Assembly: GCF_030845235.1 (NCBI RefSeq)
Contig: NZ_CP132593.1
Location: forward strand, 2,186,082 to 2,218,081
Source of the DNA: Streptomyces sp. SX92
Lineage (GTDB): Bacteria; Actinomycetota; Actinomycetes; Streptomycetales; Streptomycetaceae
DNA length: 32,000 nt
Direction of reading: 5' to 3'
Positions within the stretch are counted from its first letter, which is position 1. The number at the start of each line of letters is the position of its first letter. This document shows positions 8,403-17,761 of the stretch, one piece after another. Made by a program: the position numbers and the translations under genes. Below the pieces are notes generated by a model. That model made no database searches. It saw only the letters and a program-made list of their open reading frames with translations, and had not been told where the DNA came from.

Positions 8403-10142
8403 TCAGCCGGTGCGCAGCAGTTCGTGGAAGCGGGAGGTCGGGTCGGCGGCGAGGGTGGTCTGTTCGCCGTGCTCGACCACGGTGCCCCCGTCGAGGACGA
8501 GGACGCGGTGCATGCTGCCCAGGGCGTGCGGCCGGTGCTGGACGACGACGGCGGTGCGCCCTTCCAGGAGCCGTTCCATCGCGGGCATGAGGAGCCGTTC
8601 GGTGTGGGGGTCGAGGCGGGCGGTCGGCTCGTCCATCAGGACGATTGCCGGGTCGCGCAGGAACACCCGGGCGAGGGCGAGGAGTTGCTCCTGGCCGGCG
8701 GACATCCCGCGGGCTCCGGTGCCCAGCACGGTGTCCAGTCCGTCGGGCAGCTCCCGGCACCACTCGGTGAGCCCGGCCTCCTCCAGCGCGGCGCGCACCC
8801 GGCCGTCGTCCACCGAGGGGTCGTAGAAGGTGAGGTTGTCGCGGAGGGTGGCGTGCAGGATCTGGACCTCCTGGGTGACCAGGGCGACGCGGCGGCGCAG
8901 CGCGCGCGGGTCGAGCCCGGCCACGTCCGCCCCGCCGACGCTGACGGTGCCGCGGGCCGGGTGCTGGAGTCCGAACAGCAGCCGTACGACGGTGGACTTG
9001 CCGCTTCCGGTGCGGCCGACGATGCCGAGCCGCTCCCCGGGACGCAGCCGGAAGGAGACGTCCCGCAGCACCGGTTCGCCCGGGTCGTAGCCGAAGAAGA
9101 CCCCGTCGAGGCGGGCGCCCAGCGGTCCGTCGGGCAGCCGTCCGGTCCGGGAGGGCGCCGGGTCCACCTCCTCGTCCCCGTCCGTGCGCAGCAGTTCGGT
9201 CAGGCGTCGCACGCTGACCGCGGCCTCCTCCAGGTCGTGGAAGCGGGTGGTGACGGCCAGCAGCGGACGGCGCAGCAGCATGGCGTAGGAGAGGCAGGCG
9301 AAGGCCGTGCCGGTGGAGAGCTGGCCGCGGTCGTGCAGCCAGACGCTGACGCCGAGGGCGAGGACGACGCTGACCGTGGACAGGCTCTGGACGGTGGCGG
9401 GCCAGCGGACCGAGACCCGGGCCGCGCGGTGCGCCCGCCGGTACAGCTCGTCCTGCCGGGCCTCCAGGTCGGCCAGGGTGTGGGCGGCGGCCCCGTTGGT
9501 CCGCAGGTCCTGGGCGCCGGCGAGACGTTCCTCCAGGAAGCCCAGGAGGTCGGCGGAGGAGGCCTGGCGGGCGGCGACGAAGGGCATGGCGCGGCCCACG
9601 AGCCCGCGCAGCAACAGCAGGGTGCCGGCCGCGAACGGGGCGAAGACCAGGGCCAGTCGCCAGTCGAGCAGGAACAGGGCCCCGAGGATGCCGGCCACCA
9701 GCAGCAGCTGGGCCAGCACCTCCAGCACCAGCGCGGACATCACCGCGGCGAGGCGGGTGACGTCGCCGTCGACGCGGTCGAGGAGCTCGCCGGGCGGATG
9801 GCGCTGGTAGAAGCGGGAGGGTCGGCGCAGACAGTGGGCCACCAGGTCGGCGCGCAGCCGGTTGGTGCCGCGCCAGGCGAGCCGGGCGGCCACGGCGTCA
9901 CTGGCGACGGTCACCACGAGCAGCCCGAGCGCGGCCGTCAGGTACCAGGCGGCGACGCCCAGCAGGAGATCGGCCGGGCTGCCGGTCAGCGTGTGGTCGA
10001 TGAACCGGCGCAGCATCTGGGGCGCGACGAGTTGCAGCCCCACCCCGAGAGGGACGAGCAGGGCGAGAAGGAGAACGGACGGCCGTTCCCCGCGCAGATA
10101 GCGGATCAGAACGGAGAGCTGCCGTAACGGGCTGCCTGCCAA
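8403..10142 (-). CDS. moeJ5: ABC transporter, fused permease/ATPase (moeJ5-like exporter half)
   Basis: Track ORF 8403..10226 (-). Walker A (GRTGSGKST), signature (MSAGQEQL) and Walker B (IVLMDEP). I prefer the TTG start at 10142, which is preceded by GGGGGAGGGACGCG (an RBS 6 nt upstream). An in-frame TTA codon lies at 10125-10127. The start is uncertain. Confidence 0.8.
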   Translation of the reverse strand: MAGSPLRQLSVLIRYLRGERPSVLLLALLVPLGVGLQLVAPQMLRRFIDHTLTGSPADLLLGVAAWYLTAALGLLVVTVASDAVAARLAWRGTNRLRADLVAHCLRRPSRFYQRHPPGELLDRVDGDVTRLAAVMSALVLEVLAQLLLVAGILGALFLLDWRLALVFAPFAAGTLLLLRGLVGRAMPFVAARQASSADLLGFLEERLAGAQDLRTNGAAAHTLADLEARQDELYRRAHRAARVSVRWPATVQSLSTVSVVLALGVSVWLHDRGQLSTGTAFACLSYAMLLRRPLLAVTTRFHDLEEAAVSVRRLTELLRTDGDEEVDPAPSRTGRLPDGPLGARLDGVFFGYDPGEPVLRDVSFRLRPGERLGIVGRTGSGKSTVVRLLFGLQHPARGTVSVGGADVAGLDPRALRRRVALVTQEVQILHATLRDNLTFYDPSVDDGRVRAALEEAGLTEWCRELPDGLDTVLGTGARGMSAGQEQLLALARVFLRDPAIVLMDEPTARLDPHTERLLMPAMERLLEGRTAVVVQHRPHALGSMHRVLVLDGGTVVEHGEQTTLAADPTSRFHELLRTG

Positions 10143-10266
10143 CGCGTCCCTCCCCCGCGGCGGAAGGCCACAGCATAAAGTCGGCGGGCCGCCGTTGGGA
10201 ATGACGCATACGGATGCGGAATACATGCCACCGCTTTTTTCTCGAAGCGCGGGCGACAGGACGCCG

Positions 10267-10295
10267 TTGCTGCCGATTCATCGCGCTGTTAGACT
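10267..10295 (+). promoter_or_regulatory. Putative sigma-70-type promoter for the moeE5 operon
   Basis: TTGCTG (10267-10272), a 17-nt spacer, then TAGACT (10290-10295), inside the 348-bp lower-GC divergent gap between moeJ5 and moeE5. This is a pattern match only. Confidence 0.3.
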
Positions 10296-10490
10296 CCACG
10301 GGTCTTCCGGGCAATTCGCCCTGCACGCCGTCGCTGCGCACCAGTCATTCTCGGCCACATTCTCTGGCTTCCGTGTACCTCCGGACCGGCCGGTTTCTCG
10401 TGCCCCGCAGCCGACCGAAGCCCGAGGACTGCACCAGTACGGAGCACCGCCTTGAACGACCGGATATCCACGGACCAAGGGGGATGAGCA

Positions 10491-11513
10491 ATGTCGGGTG
10501 ACGCGCACGACGGGGCCGACAGCACAGGAAAAGCGGTGGTCACCGGTGCCGCGGGTTTCATCGGCTCCCATCTCGTCGAGGCGTTGCGGCGCTCCGGGAC
10601 AAACGTCGTCGGTATTGACCGAAAAGCCTCCTGGGCCAACCGCGAAATCCCGCCGACCGCCGAACGCGGATCCCTGCACGCCCTCCACGCCGACCTCGTC
10701 TCCGCGGACCTTTCGGCCTGTCTGGAAAATGCCTCCACGGTCTTCCACTTGGCCGCACTGCCCGGTGTCCGCCCGTCCTGGACGCAATTCCCGGAGTATC
10801 TGCACTGCAACGTGCTGGCCACCCAGCGACTTATGGACGCCTGCGTCCGTTCCGGCGTGCCCAAGGTCGTGATGGCCTCCTCGTCGAGCGTGTACGGCGG
10901 CGCCGAGGGCACGATGTCCGAGGATGACGTGCCCCGCCCGCTGTCGCCGTACGGCGTCACCAAACTCGCCGCGGAACGGCTCGCCCTGGCCTTCGCCGCC
11001 CGGCGGGACGCCACCCTCTCGGTGAGCGCCCTGCGCTTCTTCACGGTCTACGGCCCCGGCCAGCGCCCGGACATGTTCATCGGCCGGGTCATCCGCGCCA
11101 CCCTGGAGAACACCCCCATCGAGGTGTACGGGGACGGCACCCAGATCCGTGACTTCGTCCATGTCTCGGACATCGTGCGCGCCCTGCGGCTCGCCGCCAC
11201 GCGGTTCGACGAGGGCAGCAGCGTGCTGAACATCGGCACCGGACACGCCGTGTCGGCCAACGAGATCCTCGCGCTGACCGGGGAGTTGACCGGCCTGACG
11301 CCGAACGCCCGCTACGGGCCCGCCCGGATCGGCGACGTACGGGCCACCACGGCCGACACCGGCCGGGCGCGACAGCGGCTCGGCTTCACCGCGCGCACGG
11401 ACCTGCGCTCCGGGCTGGCCACCCAGATCGAGTGGGCCCGCCAGGTGCTCGCCCAGGCCCCGCCACAGGGGACCGCCTCGTCGGCCGGGATGGCCCCCAC
11501 CCACCGGTCGTAG
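10491..11513 (+). CDS. moeE5: NAD-dependent nucleotide-sugar 4-epimerase, SDR family (moeE5-like; UDP-GlcA to UDP-GalA)
   Basis: 340 aa. Rossmann motif VVTGAAGFIGSHLV and catalytic SPYGVTKLAAE (YxxxK). RBS AAGGGGGA lies 6 nt upstream of the ATG. Confidence 0.85.
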   Translation: MSGDAHDGADSTGKAVVTGAAGFIGSHLVEALRRSGTNVVGIDRKASWANREIPPTAERGSLHALHADLVSADLSACLENASTVFHLAALPGVRPSWTQFPEYLHCNVLATQRLMDACVRSGVPKVVMASSSSVYGGAEGTMSEDDVPRPLSPYGVTKLAAERLALAFAARRDATLSVSALRFFTVYGPGQRPDMFIGRVIRATLENTPIEVYGDGTQIRDFVHVSDIVRALRLAATRFDEGSSVLNIGTGHAVSANEILALTGELTGLTPNARYGPARIGDVRATTADTGRARQRLGFTARTDLRSGLATQIEWARQVLAQAPPQGTASSAGMAPTHRS

Positions 11514-11517
11514 CCGT

Positions 11518-13470
11518 ATGTGCGGCTTCGTGGGATTCAGTGACACCGGCGCGGGCTCGGACGACTCCCGTGCCACGGCCGAGCGGATGCTGGCCGCGGT
11601 GGCGCACCGCGGTCCCGACGGCAGCAGCTGGTGCCACCACCGGGGCATGACCTTCGCGCACTGCGCCCTGACCTTCGTCGACCCCGACGGCGGGCGGCAG
11701 CCGTTCGTCTCCGCGAGCGGTGCCACGGCGCTCGTCCTCAACGGCGAGATCTACAACCACGAGGAGCTGCGCCGCGAACTGCGGGCCACGGGCGCCCGGT
11801 TGCGCACGGGCAGCGACACCGAGGTGCTGGCCGAGCTGTACGAGCGGCACGGCATGAAGGTGCTGGACCGGGTGCGCGGCATGTACGCCTTCGTGCTGCA
11901 CGACGCGCGCACCGCGACGACCTCGCTGGTGCGCGACCCGATGGGCAAGAAGCCGCTCTACTACGCACGCGTCCCCGGCGGGATCGCCTTCGCCTCCGAA
12001 CTCACCGCGCTGCTGCGCCATCCCGACGTCCGCGCCACCCCGGACGTGCGCGCGCTGGCCGGCTATCTGACGCTCCAGGCGTTCTGCGCGCCCGACTCGG
12101 CCGTGGCCGATGTGCGCAAGGTCCGCCCGGGCAGTTGTCTGGAGTACTCCAAGGGGCGGCTGCGCGAAGTGGAGTACTGGCGGCCGAGACTGACCGCAGA
12201 GGGGCGGCCGCCGGGCCGGCGGGAGGCCGCCGCGCGCTTCGAGGAGCTGTTCCGGGCCGCGGTCGCCCGCCGGGTCACCAGCACCGACCGTCGGCTCGGT
12301 GTGCTGCTGAGCGGCGGGCTCGACTCCAGCGCGGTGGCCGCCGTCGCCCAGCAGCTCTCCCCGCACCGGCCGGTGCCGACGTTCAGCGCGGGCTTCGAGG
12401 CGCACGACTTCGACGAGAGCGCGCACGCCCGCGCGGTCGCCCGGCATCTGGGCACCGAGCACCACGTGGTCCGCATCGGCGGCCGTGATCTCGCCGAGGT
12501 GGTGGAGTCCGAGTACGCCCGTGCCGACGAGCCGCTCGCCGACCCCTCCCTGCTGCCCACCCGGATCGTCTGCCGGGCGGCGCGCTCGCACGTGCGCGGG
12601 GTGCTCACCGGGGACGGCGCCGACGAACTCCTGCTGGGCTACCGGTACTTCCAGGCCGAGCGGGCGATCGAGATCCTGCTGCGGCTGATGCCGGCGGCCC
12701 GGCTTGAGGCGCTGGTGCGGGCCCTGGTGCGCCGGCTGCCCGCGCGGTCCGGGAACCTGCCCGCCGCCGCTGCCCTGGGGCTGCTGGCCCGTGGGCTGCG
12801 GGCCGCGCCCGAGCACCGCTTCTATCTGTCGACCGCTCCCTTCGGCCCGGCCGAACTGCCGGGTCTGCTGCGGCCGGAGGCGCGCGCCGCCCTCGCCGGG
12901 CACGACCCCTTCGCCGAGGTCGCCCGGCTCCTGGAGGGCCAGCCGCACCTGACCGGCGTCCAGCGCAGCCAGCTCGCCGTGGTGGCGCACTTCCTGCGGG
13001 ACGTGATCCTCACCAAGACCGACCGCGGCGGGATGCGCAGCGCCCTCGAACTGCGCTCGCCCTTCCTCGACCTGGACCTGGTCGAGTACGGCAACGCGCT
13101 GCCCGTCTCGCTGAAGCTGCGCCGCTTCACCGGCAAGTACCTGCTGCGCCGGGTGGCCGCCGACTGGCTGCCCGAGGACATCGTGCGGCGCACCAAGCTC
13201 GGCTTCCGCGCCCCGCTGGCGGCCCTGCTCCGCGACGAACTGCGGCCGCTGCTGCTGGACACGCTCTCGGCGTCCGCGCTGGACCGGGGCGGGCTGTTCG
13301 ACGCCGGTGCCGTACGGGTGCTGGCCGACGACCATCTCAGCGGCCGGCGCGACACCTCACGCAAGCTGTGGGCGCTGCTGACCTACCAGCTGTGGTTCCA
13401 GGCGCTGCCCGTGCACTCCCCGTCCCCCGACTGCCTCGACCTGACCGAGGAGCCCCACCGTGCGCCCTGA
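11518..13470 (+). CDS. moeF5: Glutamine-dependent asparagine-synthase-type amidotransferase (moeF5-like)
   Basis: 650 aa. The N-terminal MCGFVGF supplies the Cys2 Ntn nucleophile. PP-loop LLSGGLDSS. Starts 4 nt after the moeE5 stop. Confidence 0.85.
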   Translation: MCGFVGFSDTGAGSDDSRATAERMLAAVAHRGPDGSSWCHHRGMTFAHCALTFVDPDGGRQPFVSASGATALVLNGEIYNHEELRRELRATGARLRTGSDTEVLAELYERHGMKVLDRVRGMYAFVLHDARTATTSLVRDPMGKKPLYYARVPGGIAFASELTALLRHPDVRATPDVRALAGYLTLQAFCAPDSAVADVRKVRPGSCLEYSKGRLREVEYWRPRLTAEGRPPGRREAAARFEELFRAAVARRVTSTDRRLGVLLSGGLDSSAVAAVAQQLSPHRPVPTFSAGFEAHDFDESAHARAVARHLGTEHHVVRIGGRDLAEVVESEYARADEPLADPSLLPTRIVCRAARSHVRGVLTGDGADELLLGYRYFQAERAIEILLRLMPAARLEALVRALVRRLPARSGNLPAAAALGLLARGLRAAPEHRFYLSTAPFGPAELPGLLRPEARAALAGHDPFAEVARLLEGQPHLTGVQRSQLAVVAHFLRDVILTKTDRGGMRSALELRSPFLDLDLVEYGNALPVSLKLRRFTGKYLLRRVAADWLPEDIVRRTKLGFRAPLAALLRDELRPLLLDTLSASALDRGGLFDAGAVRVLADDHLSGRRDTSRKLWALLTYQLWFQALPVHSPSPDCLDLTEEPHRAP

Positions 13471-14671
13471 CCTGCCCCGCATCCAGGTGCTCTCCCCGCG
13501 GACCTGGGGGGAGTTCGGCAACTATCTGGCCGCCACCCGGTTCTCCCGGGTGCTGCGCGGCGCCGTCGACGCGGACGTGACCCTGCTGGAGGCCGAGCCG
13601 ATCCTGCCCTGGCTCGGCGAGGCCGGGGCCGAGATCCGCACGATCTCCCTGGAGAGCCCGACCGCGGCCGTCCGCACCGAGCGGTACATGGGCCTGATGG
13701 CCCGCCTCCAGGAACGTTTCCCCACCGGCTTCGAGACCAACCCCACACCCGCCCAGAGCGCCGAACTCGCCCCGCTCGTCGCCCACTTGCGCGAGGCCGC
13801 ACCGGACGTGGTGGTCGGCACCAAGGGCTTCGTGGCACGGCTGTGCGTGGCCGCCGTACGCCTCGCGGGACTGCCCACCCGGGTGGTCAGCCATGTCACC
13901 AATCCGGGGCTGCTCCAGCTGCCGCTGCACCGCAGCCCGCATCCCGACCTGACGCTGGTGGGGTTCGCCCACGCCAAGGAGCGGCTGGTGGAGGCCGCCG
14001 GCGCCGACCCGGACCGGGTGCGCGTGGTGGGCCCGCTGGTCGCCCAGCACGACCTGCGCGACTTCATGACCGACGAGTCCGCCGCCCCGGCGGCCGGGCC
14101 CTGGGGCGGGGACACCGAGTCCGGGCGCCCCCGCCTGATCGTGTTCTGCAACCGGGGCGGCGACGTCTATCTGGAGCTGGTCCACCACATCGCCGCCCAC
14201 CACCCGGACACCGACCTGGTGTTCGTCGGCTACGACGACCCCGACCTGGCCCGGCGGGCCGCCGCCGGCGCCGAGCGGCTCGCGCACTGGCGGTTCCACA
14301 GCCGGCTCACCCAGGCCCAGTACTTCGACTACATCGACCGCGCCTCCCGCTCGCCGTACGGGCTGCTCGTCTCCAAGGCCGGGCCCAACACCACGCTGGA
14401 GGCGGCCTACTTCGGGATCCCCGTGCTGATGCTGGAGTCGGGCCTGCCGATGGAGAGTTGGGTGCCGGGGCTGATCCACGAACACAACCTGGGCCGGGCC
14501 TGCGCCGCGCCCGAGGACCTCTTCCGCACGGTCGACGACTGGCTGGCCCGGCCCTCGGCGATCGAGGTGCACAAGAAGGCCGCGATCGGCTTCGCCGAGT
14601 CCGTGCTCGACCAGGAGGCCGTGGCCCGCCGGATCGGGGACGCCGTGCGCCCCCTGCTGGATCCCCGGTGA
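13460..14671 (+). CDS. moeGT1: GT-B fold glycosyltransferase, MurG/MGDG-synthase-like (moeGT1-like; first sugar onto the prenyl-phosphoglycerate)
   Basis: 403 aa. The GTG start overlaps the moeF5 end by 11 nt. The C-terminal half (GLLVSKAGPNTTLEAAYFGIPVLML) is typical of the GT28-like nucleotide-sugar binding domain. Confidence 0.75.
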   Translation: MRPDLPRIQVLSPRTWGEFGNYLAATRFSRVLRGAVDADVTLLEAEPILPWLGEAGAEIRTISLESPTAAVRTERYMGLMARLQERFPTGFETNPTPAQSAELAPLVAHLREAAPDVVVGTKGFVARLCVAAVRLAGLPTRVVSHVTNPGLLQLPLHRSPHPDLTLVGFAHAKERLVEAAGADPDRVRVVGPLVAQHDLRDFMTDESAAPAAGPWGGDTESGRPRLIVFCNRGGDVYLELVHHIAAHHPDTDLVFVGYDDPDLARRAAAGAERLAHWRFHSRLTQAQYFDYIDRASRSPYGLLVSKAGPNTTLEAAYFGIPVLMLESGLPMESWVPGLIHEHNLGRACAAPEDLFRTVDDWLARPSAIEVHKKAAIGFAESVLDQEAVARRIGDAVRPLLDPR

Positions 14672-16176
14672 AGCCCCGCGTCCGGCTCCTCGCCACGCCC
14701 GACGGGGTCCGCGCCGAGGGCGACAAGGAGGCGCGGCTCGGCCACGTCCTCGAGGGCGACCCGCTGGCCGAAGGCCCGCCGCCCGAGGGGGTCTTCGCCG
14801 CCTGGGAGTGGGACGGCGACCGCCTGCTGGCCCGCACCGACCGCTACGGCACGCACCCGCTGTACTACCGCGCCGGCGCCGGTTCGCTGGCCCTCTCCCC
14901 CGACCCGCTGGCGCTGCTGGCGCCCGGCGAGCACGCCGACCTCGACCACGACGCGCTCGCCGTCTTCCTGCGGCTGGGCTTCTTCCTGGGCGAGGACACC
15001 GCCTTCGCCGAGATCCGCGCGCTGCCTCCCGCCGCCACCCTGACCTGGACCCGCGGCACGCTCGACCTCACCTCCGCGGCACCCCCCGTGCCGCCCCCGG
15101 CCGACCTCACCCGCGAGCAGGCCGTCGACGGCTTCGTCGACCTCTTCCGCGCCGCCATGGCCCGCCGACTGCCCGAGGGGCCGTACGACCTTCCGCTGAG
15201 CGGCGGCCGGGACTCCCGGCACATCCTGCTGGAGCTGTGCCGCCAGGGGGCACCGCCGCGGCTGTGCGTCAGCGGCGCGAAGTTCCCGCCGGACCCGGGC
15301 GCCGACGCCCGGGTGGCCGCCGAGCTCGCCGGACGCCTCGGCCTGCCGCACCGCACCGTGGCCCCGCCGCGCTCACAGCTGCGGGCGGAGCGCTTCGCCA
15401 ACGCGGCCCAGGGCATGGGCACGCTGGACGGCGCCTGGATCCTGCCGCTGCTGGCCTTCCTGCGCCGCCGCGGCGGCCTGTGGTACGACGGGCTCGGCGG
15501 CGGCGAGCTGGCCCAGAACCCCAGCATCCAGCTGATCCGCGAGACCCCCTACGACGCGGCCGGGCTGCCCGCTCTCGCCGACCGGCTGCTGGCCGCCGGC
15601 CGCACCGGAGCGCACGTCGAGCACCTCCTCGGCCCGCGGACCCGCGTCCTGTGGAGCCGGGAGCGCGCCCGCGACCGGCTGGTGCGGGAGCTGGCCCGGC
15701 ACGCCGAGGCCGCCCTCCCGCTCGGCTCGTTCTTCTTCCACAACCGCACCCGGCGGTCCATCGCGCTCGCCCCCTTCGCGCTCGGCGACGGCCGCGCGGT
15801 GATCCACACCCCCTACCTCGACCACGCCCTCGTCGACCATCTCGCCTCGGTGCCGCGGCGGTTCCTGATCGACGGCACCTTCCACGACCAGGCGCTGCAC
15901 CGGGCCTTCCCCGAGCACGCCGCGCTGGGCTTCGCCTCGGCCGTACCGCAGCGCCACGGGCCGGTGCTCGTCGGGCACCGGCTGGCGTATCTGCTGCGTC
16001 TGCTGGCCGAGGCGTCGTTCGCCGAACGCGACTGGTGGCGGGGCCCCGACCGGATCCTGCCGCGGCTGCTGGCCGCCGGCCGCGGCCCGGGGGCCCCGCA
16101 GCGGGTCAGCCGGCTCCAGCCGCTCGCCCTCTACCTGCTCCAACTCCAGTCCCTCGCGGCCGGCAGAGCCGCCTGA
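14668..16176 (+). CDS. moeH5: Asparagine-synthase-like amidotransferase lacking the N-terminal Cys nucleophile (moeH5-like)
   Basis: This is the in-frame 3' part of track ORF 13843..16176. The GTG at 14668 forms a GTGA overlap with the moeGT1 stop. The protein starts VKPRVRLLATPDG (no Cys2) and has PP-loop LPLSGGRDSRH. GC3 bias supports this frame. Confidence 0.8.
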   Translation: MKPRVRLLATPDGVRAEGDKEARLGHVLEGDPLAEGPPPEGVFAAWEWDGDRLLARTDRYGTHPLYYRAGAGSLALSPDPLALLAPGEHADLDHDALAVFLRLGFFLGEDTAFAEIRALPPAATLTWTRGTLDLTSAAPPVPPPADLTREQAVDGFVDLFRAAMARRLPEGPYDLPLSGGRDSRHILLELCRQGAPPRLCVSGAKFPPDPGADARVAAELAGRLGLPHRTVAPPRSQLRAERFANAAQGMGTLDGAWILPLLAFLRRRGGLWYDGLGGGELAQNPSIQLIRETPYDAAGLPALADRLLAAGRTGAHVEHLLGPRTRVLWSRERARDRLVRELARHAEAALPLGSFFFHNRTRRSIALAPFALGDGRAVIHTPYLDHALVDHLASVPRRFLIDGTFHDQALHRAFPEHAALGFASAVPQRHGPVLVGHRLAYLLRLLAEASFAERDWWRGPDRILPRLLAAGRGPGAPQRVSRLQPLALYLLQLQSLAAGRAA

Positions 16177-16246
16177 GACCCGCCCGTACAGCGCCACCAC
16201 GCGTACGACCACCACCACCCGCACGACCCCAGAAGGAGGGGACATC

Positions 16247-17761
16247 ATGCGGAAGACACTGCCCGTCATCAGTACCGGTGCGGCGGGGGCCGCGTCGGGT
16301 GGCTGCTCGACGGCCGTCGCCCCGGCACCGGACCGCACGCGGCTGCCGCGCTGGCGCAAGCGGAACCTGCGCATCGCCCTGGTCCGCCACCACGACCTGT
16401 GCCTCAACACCCGTCAGATCACCCAGATCCAGAAGCGGGCCGGCGTGCTGCCGCACCTCGGGCTCGGCTACATCCACACCGCGCTGAAGTCGGCCGGCTT
16501 CCACAACGTCATCCAGGTCGACACCCCCGCCCTCGGCCTGGACAGCGAGGGCCTGCGCAAGCTCCTCGCCGACTTCGGCCCCGACCTGGTCGGCGTCAGC
16601 ACCACCACGCCCGGTCTGCCCGGCGCGGTGGAGGCCTGCCAGGCGGCCAAGAGCACCGGCGCCAAGGTCATCCTCGGCGGACCGCACACCGAGGTCTACG
16701 CCCACGAGAACCTCTTCCACGAGTGCATCGACTACGTCGGGGTCGGCGAGGGCATCACGATCATGCCGGAGCTGGCCGAGGCACTGGAGCAGGGCGAGAA
16801 ACCCGAGGGCATCCGGGGGCTGGTGACCCGCGAGCACGACGGCGGGGCCGCCCCGATGGTGAACCTGGAGGAGGTCGGCTGGCCCTCCCGCGACGGCCTG
16901 CCGATGAACAGCTACTACTCGATCATGGCCCCGCGGCCGTTCGCCACGATGATCTCCAGCCGCGGCTGCCCCTTCAAATGCAGCTTCTGCTTCAAGCAGG
17001 CCGTCGACAAGAAGTCGATGTACCGCAGCCCCGAGGACGTCGTCGGCGAGATGACGGAGCTGAAGAAACGCTTCGGGGTGAAGGAGATCATGTTCTACGA
17101 CGATGTCTTCACCCTGCACCGCGGCCGGGTCCGGGAGATCTGCGCGCTCATCGGCGAACAGGGCCTGAAGGTGCGCTGGGAGGCGCCCACCCGGGTGGAC
17201 CTGGTACCGGAGCCACTGCTGAAGGCGATGGCCGGCGCCGGCTGCGTACGGCTGCGGTTCGGCATCGAGCACGGCGATCCGGAGATCCTCAAACGGATGC
17301 GCAAGGAGAGCGACATCGCGAAGATCGAACGGGCCGTCACCTCCGCGCACGAGGCGGGCATCAAGGGGTTCGGCTACTTCATCGTCGGCTGGCTCGGCGA
17401 GACCCGCGAGCAGTTCCGCGCCACCGTCGACCTCGCCTGCCGCATCCCGCTGGACTACGCGAGCTTCTACACCGCGACCCCGCTGCCGGGCACCCCGCTG
17501 CACACCGAGTCGGTGGCCGCGGGACAGATACCCGCCGACTACTGGGACCGGTTCGTGCAGGGCGAGTTCGACGCCCGGATCGGCTATCTGGTGCCCGACG
17601 CCCAGCGCCGCGCCCAGGCCGCCTACCGCGCGTTCTTCCTGCGCCGCGAGATGGCGAAGCCGCTGGTGACCCACATGGCCACGACCGGCCAGTGGCGCAA
17701 CACCCTGGACGGTCTGCGCAGTCTGGCGAAGTCGACCTCCAACACCGACCGTGACTTCTGA
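16247..17761 (+). CDS. moeK5: Cobalamin-binding (class B) radical SAM methyltransferase (moeK5-like)
   Basis: 504 aa. The N-terminal region is B12-binding-like. Radical SAM cluster motif SRGCPFKCSFC (CxxxCxxC). Strong RBS GAAGGAGGGG lies 5 nt before the ATG. Confidence 0.85.
   Translation: MRKTLPVISTGAAGAASGGCSTAVAPAPDRTRLPRWRKRNLRIALVRHHDLCLNTRQITQIQKRAGVLPHLGLGYIHTALKSAGFHNVIQVDTPALGLDSEGLRKLLADFGPDLVGVSTTTPGLPGAVEACQAAKSTGAKVILGGPHTEVYAHENLFHECIDYVGVGEGITIMPELAEALEQGEKPEGIRGLVTREHDGGAAPMVNLEEVGWPSRDGLPMNSYYSIMAPRPFATMISSRGCPFKCSFCFKQAVDKKSMYRSPEDVVGEMTELKKRFGVKEIMFYDDVFTLHRGRVREICALIGEQGLKVRWEAPTRVDLVPEPLLKAMAGAGCVRLRFGIEHGDPEILKRMRKESDIAKIERAVTSAHEAGIKGFGYFIVGWLGETREQFRATVDLACRIPLDYASFYTATPLPGTPLHTESVAAGQIPADYWDRFVQGEFDARIGYLVPDAQRRAQAAYRAFFLRREMAKPLVTHMATTGQWRNTLDGLRSLAKSTSNTDRDF

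Noticed and set aside
6312-10127. Giant 1271-aa plus-strand ORF spanning both ABC transporter genes
   Set aside because: It is an antisense shadow ORF with no recognisable motifs and an extreme R/G/P/Q composition. The minus strand carries two complete ABC proteins with Walker and signature motifs.
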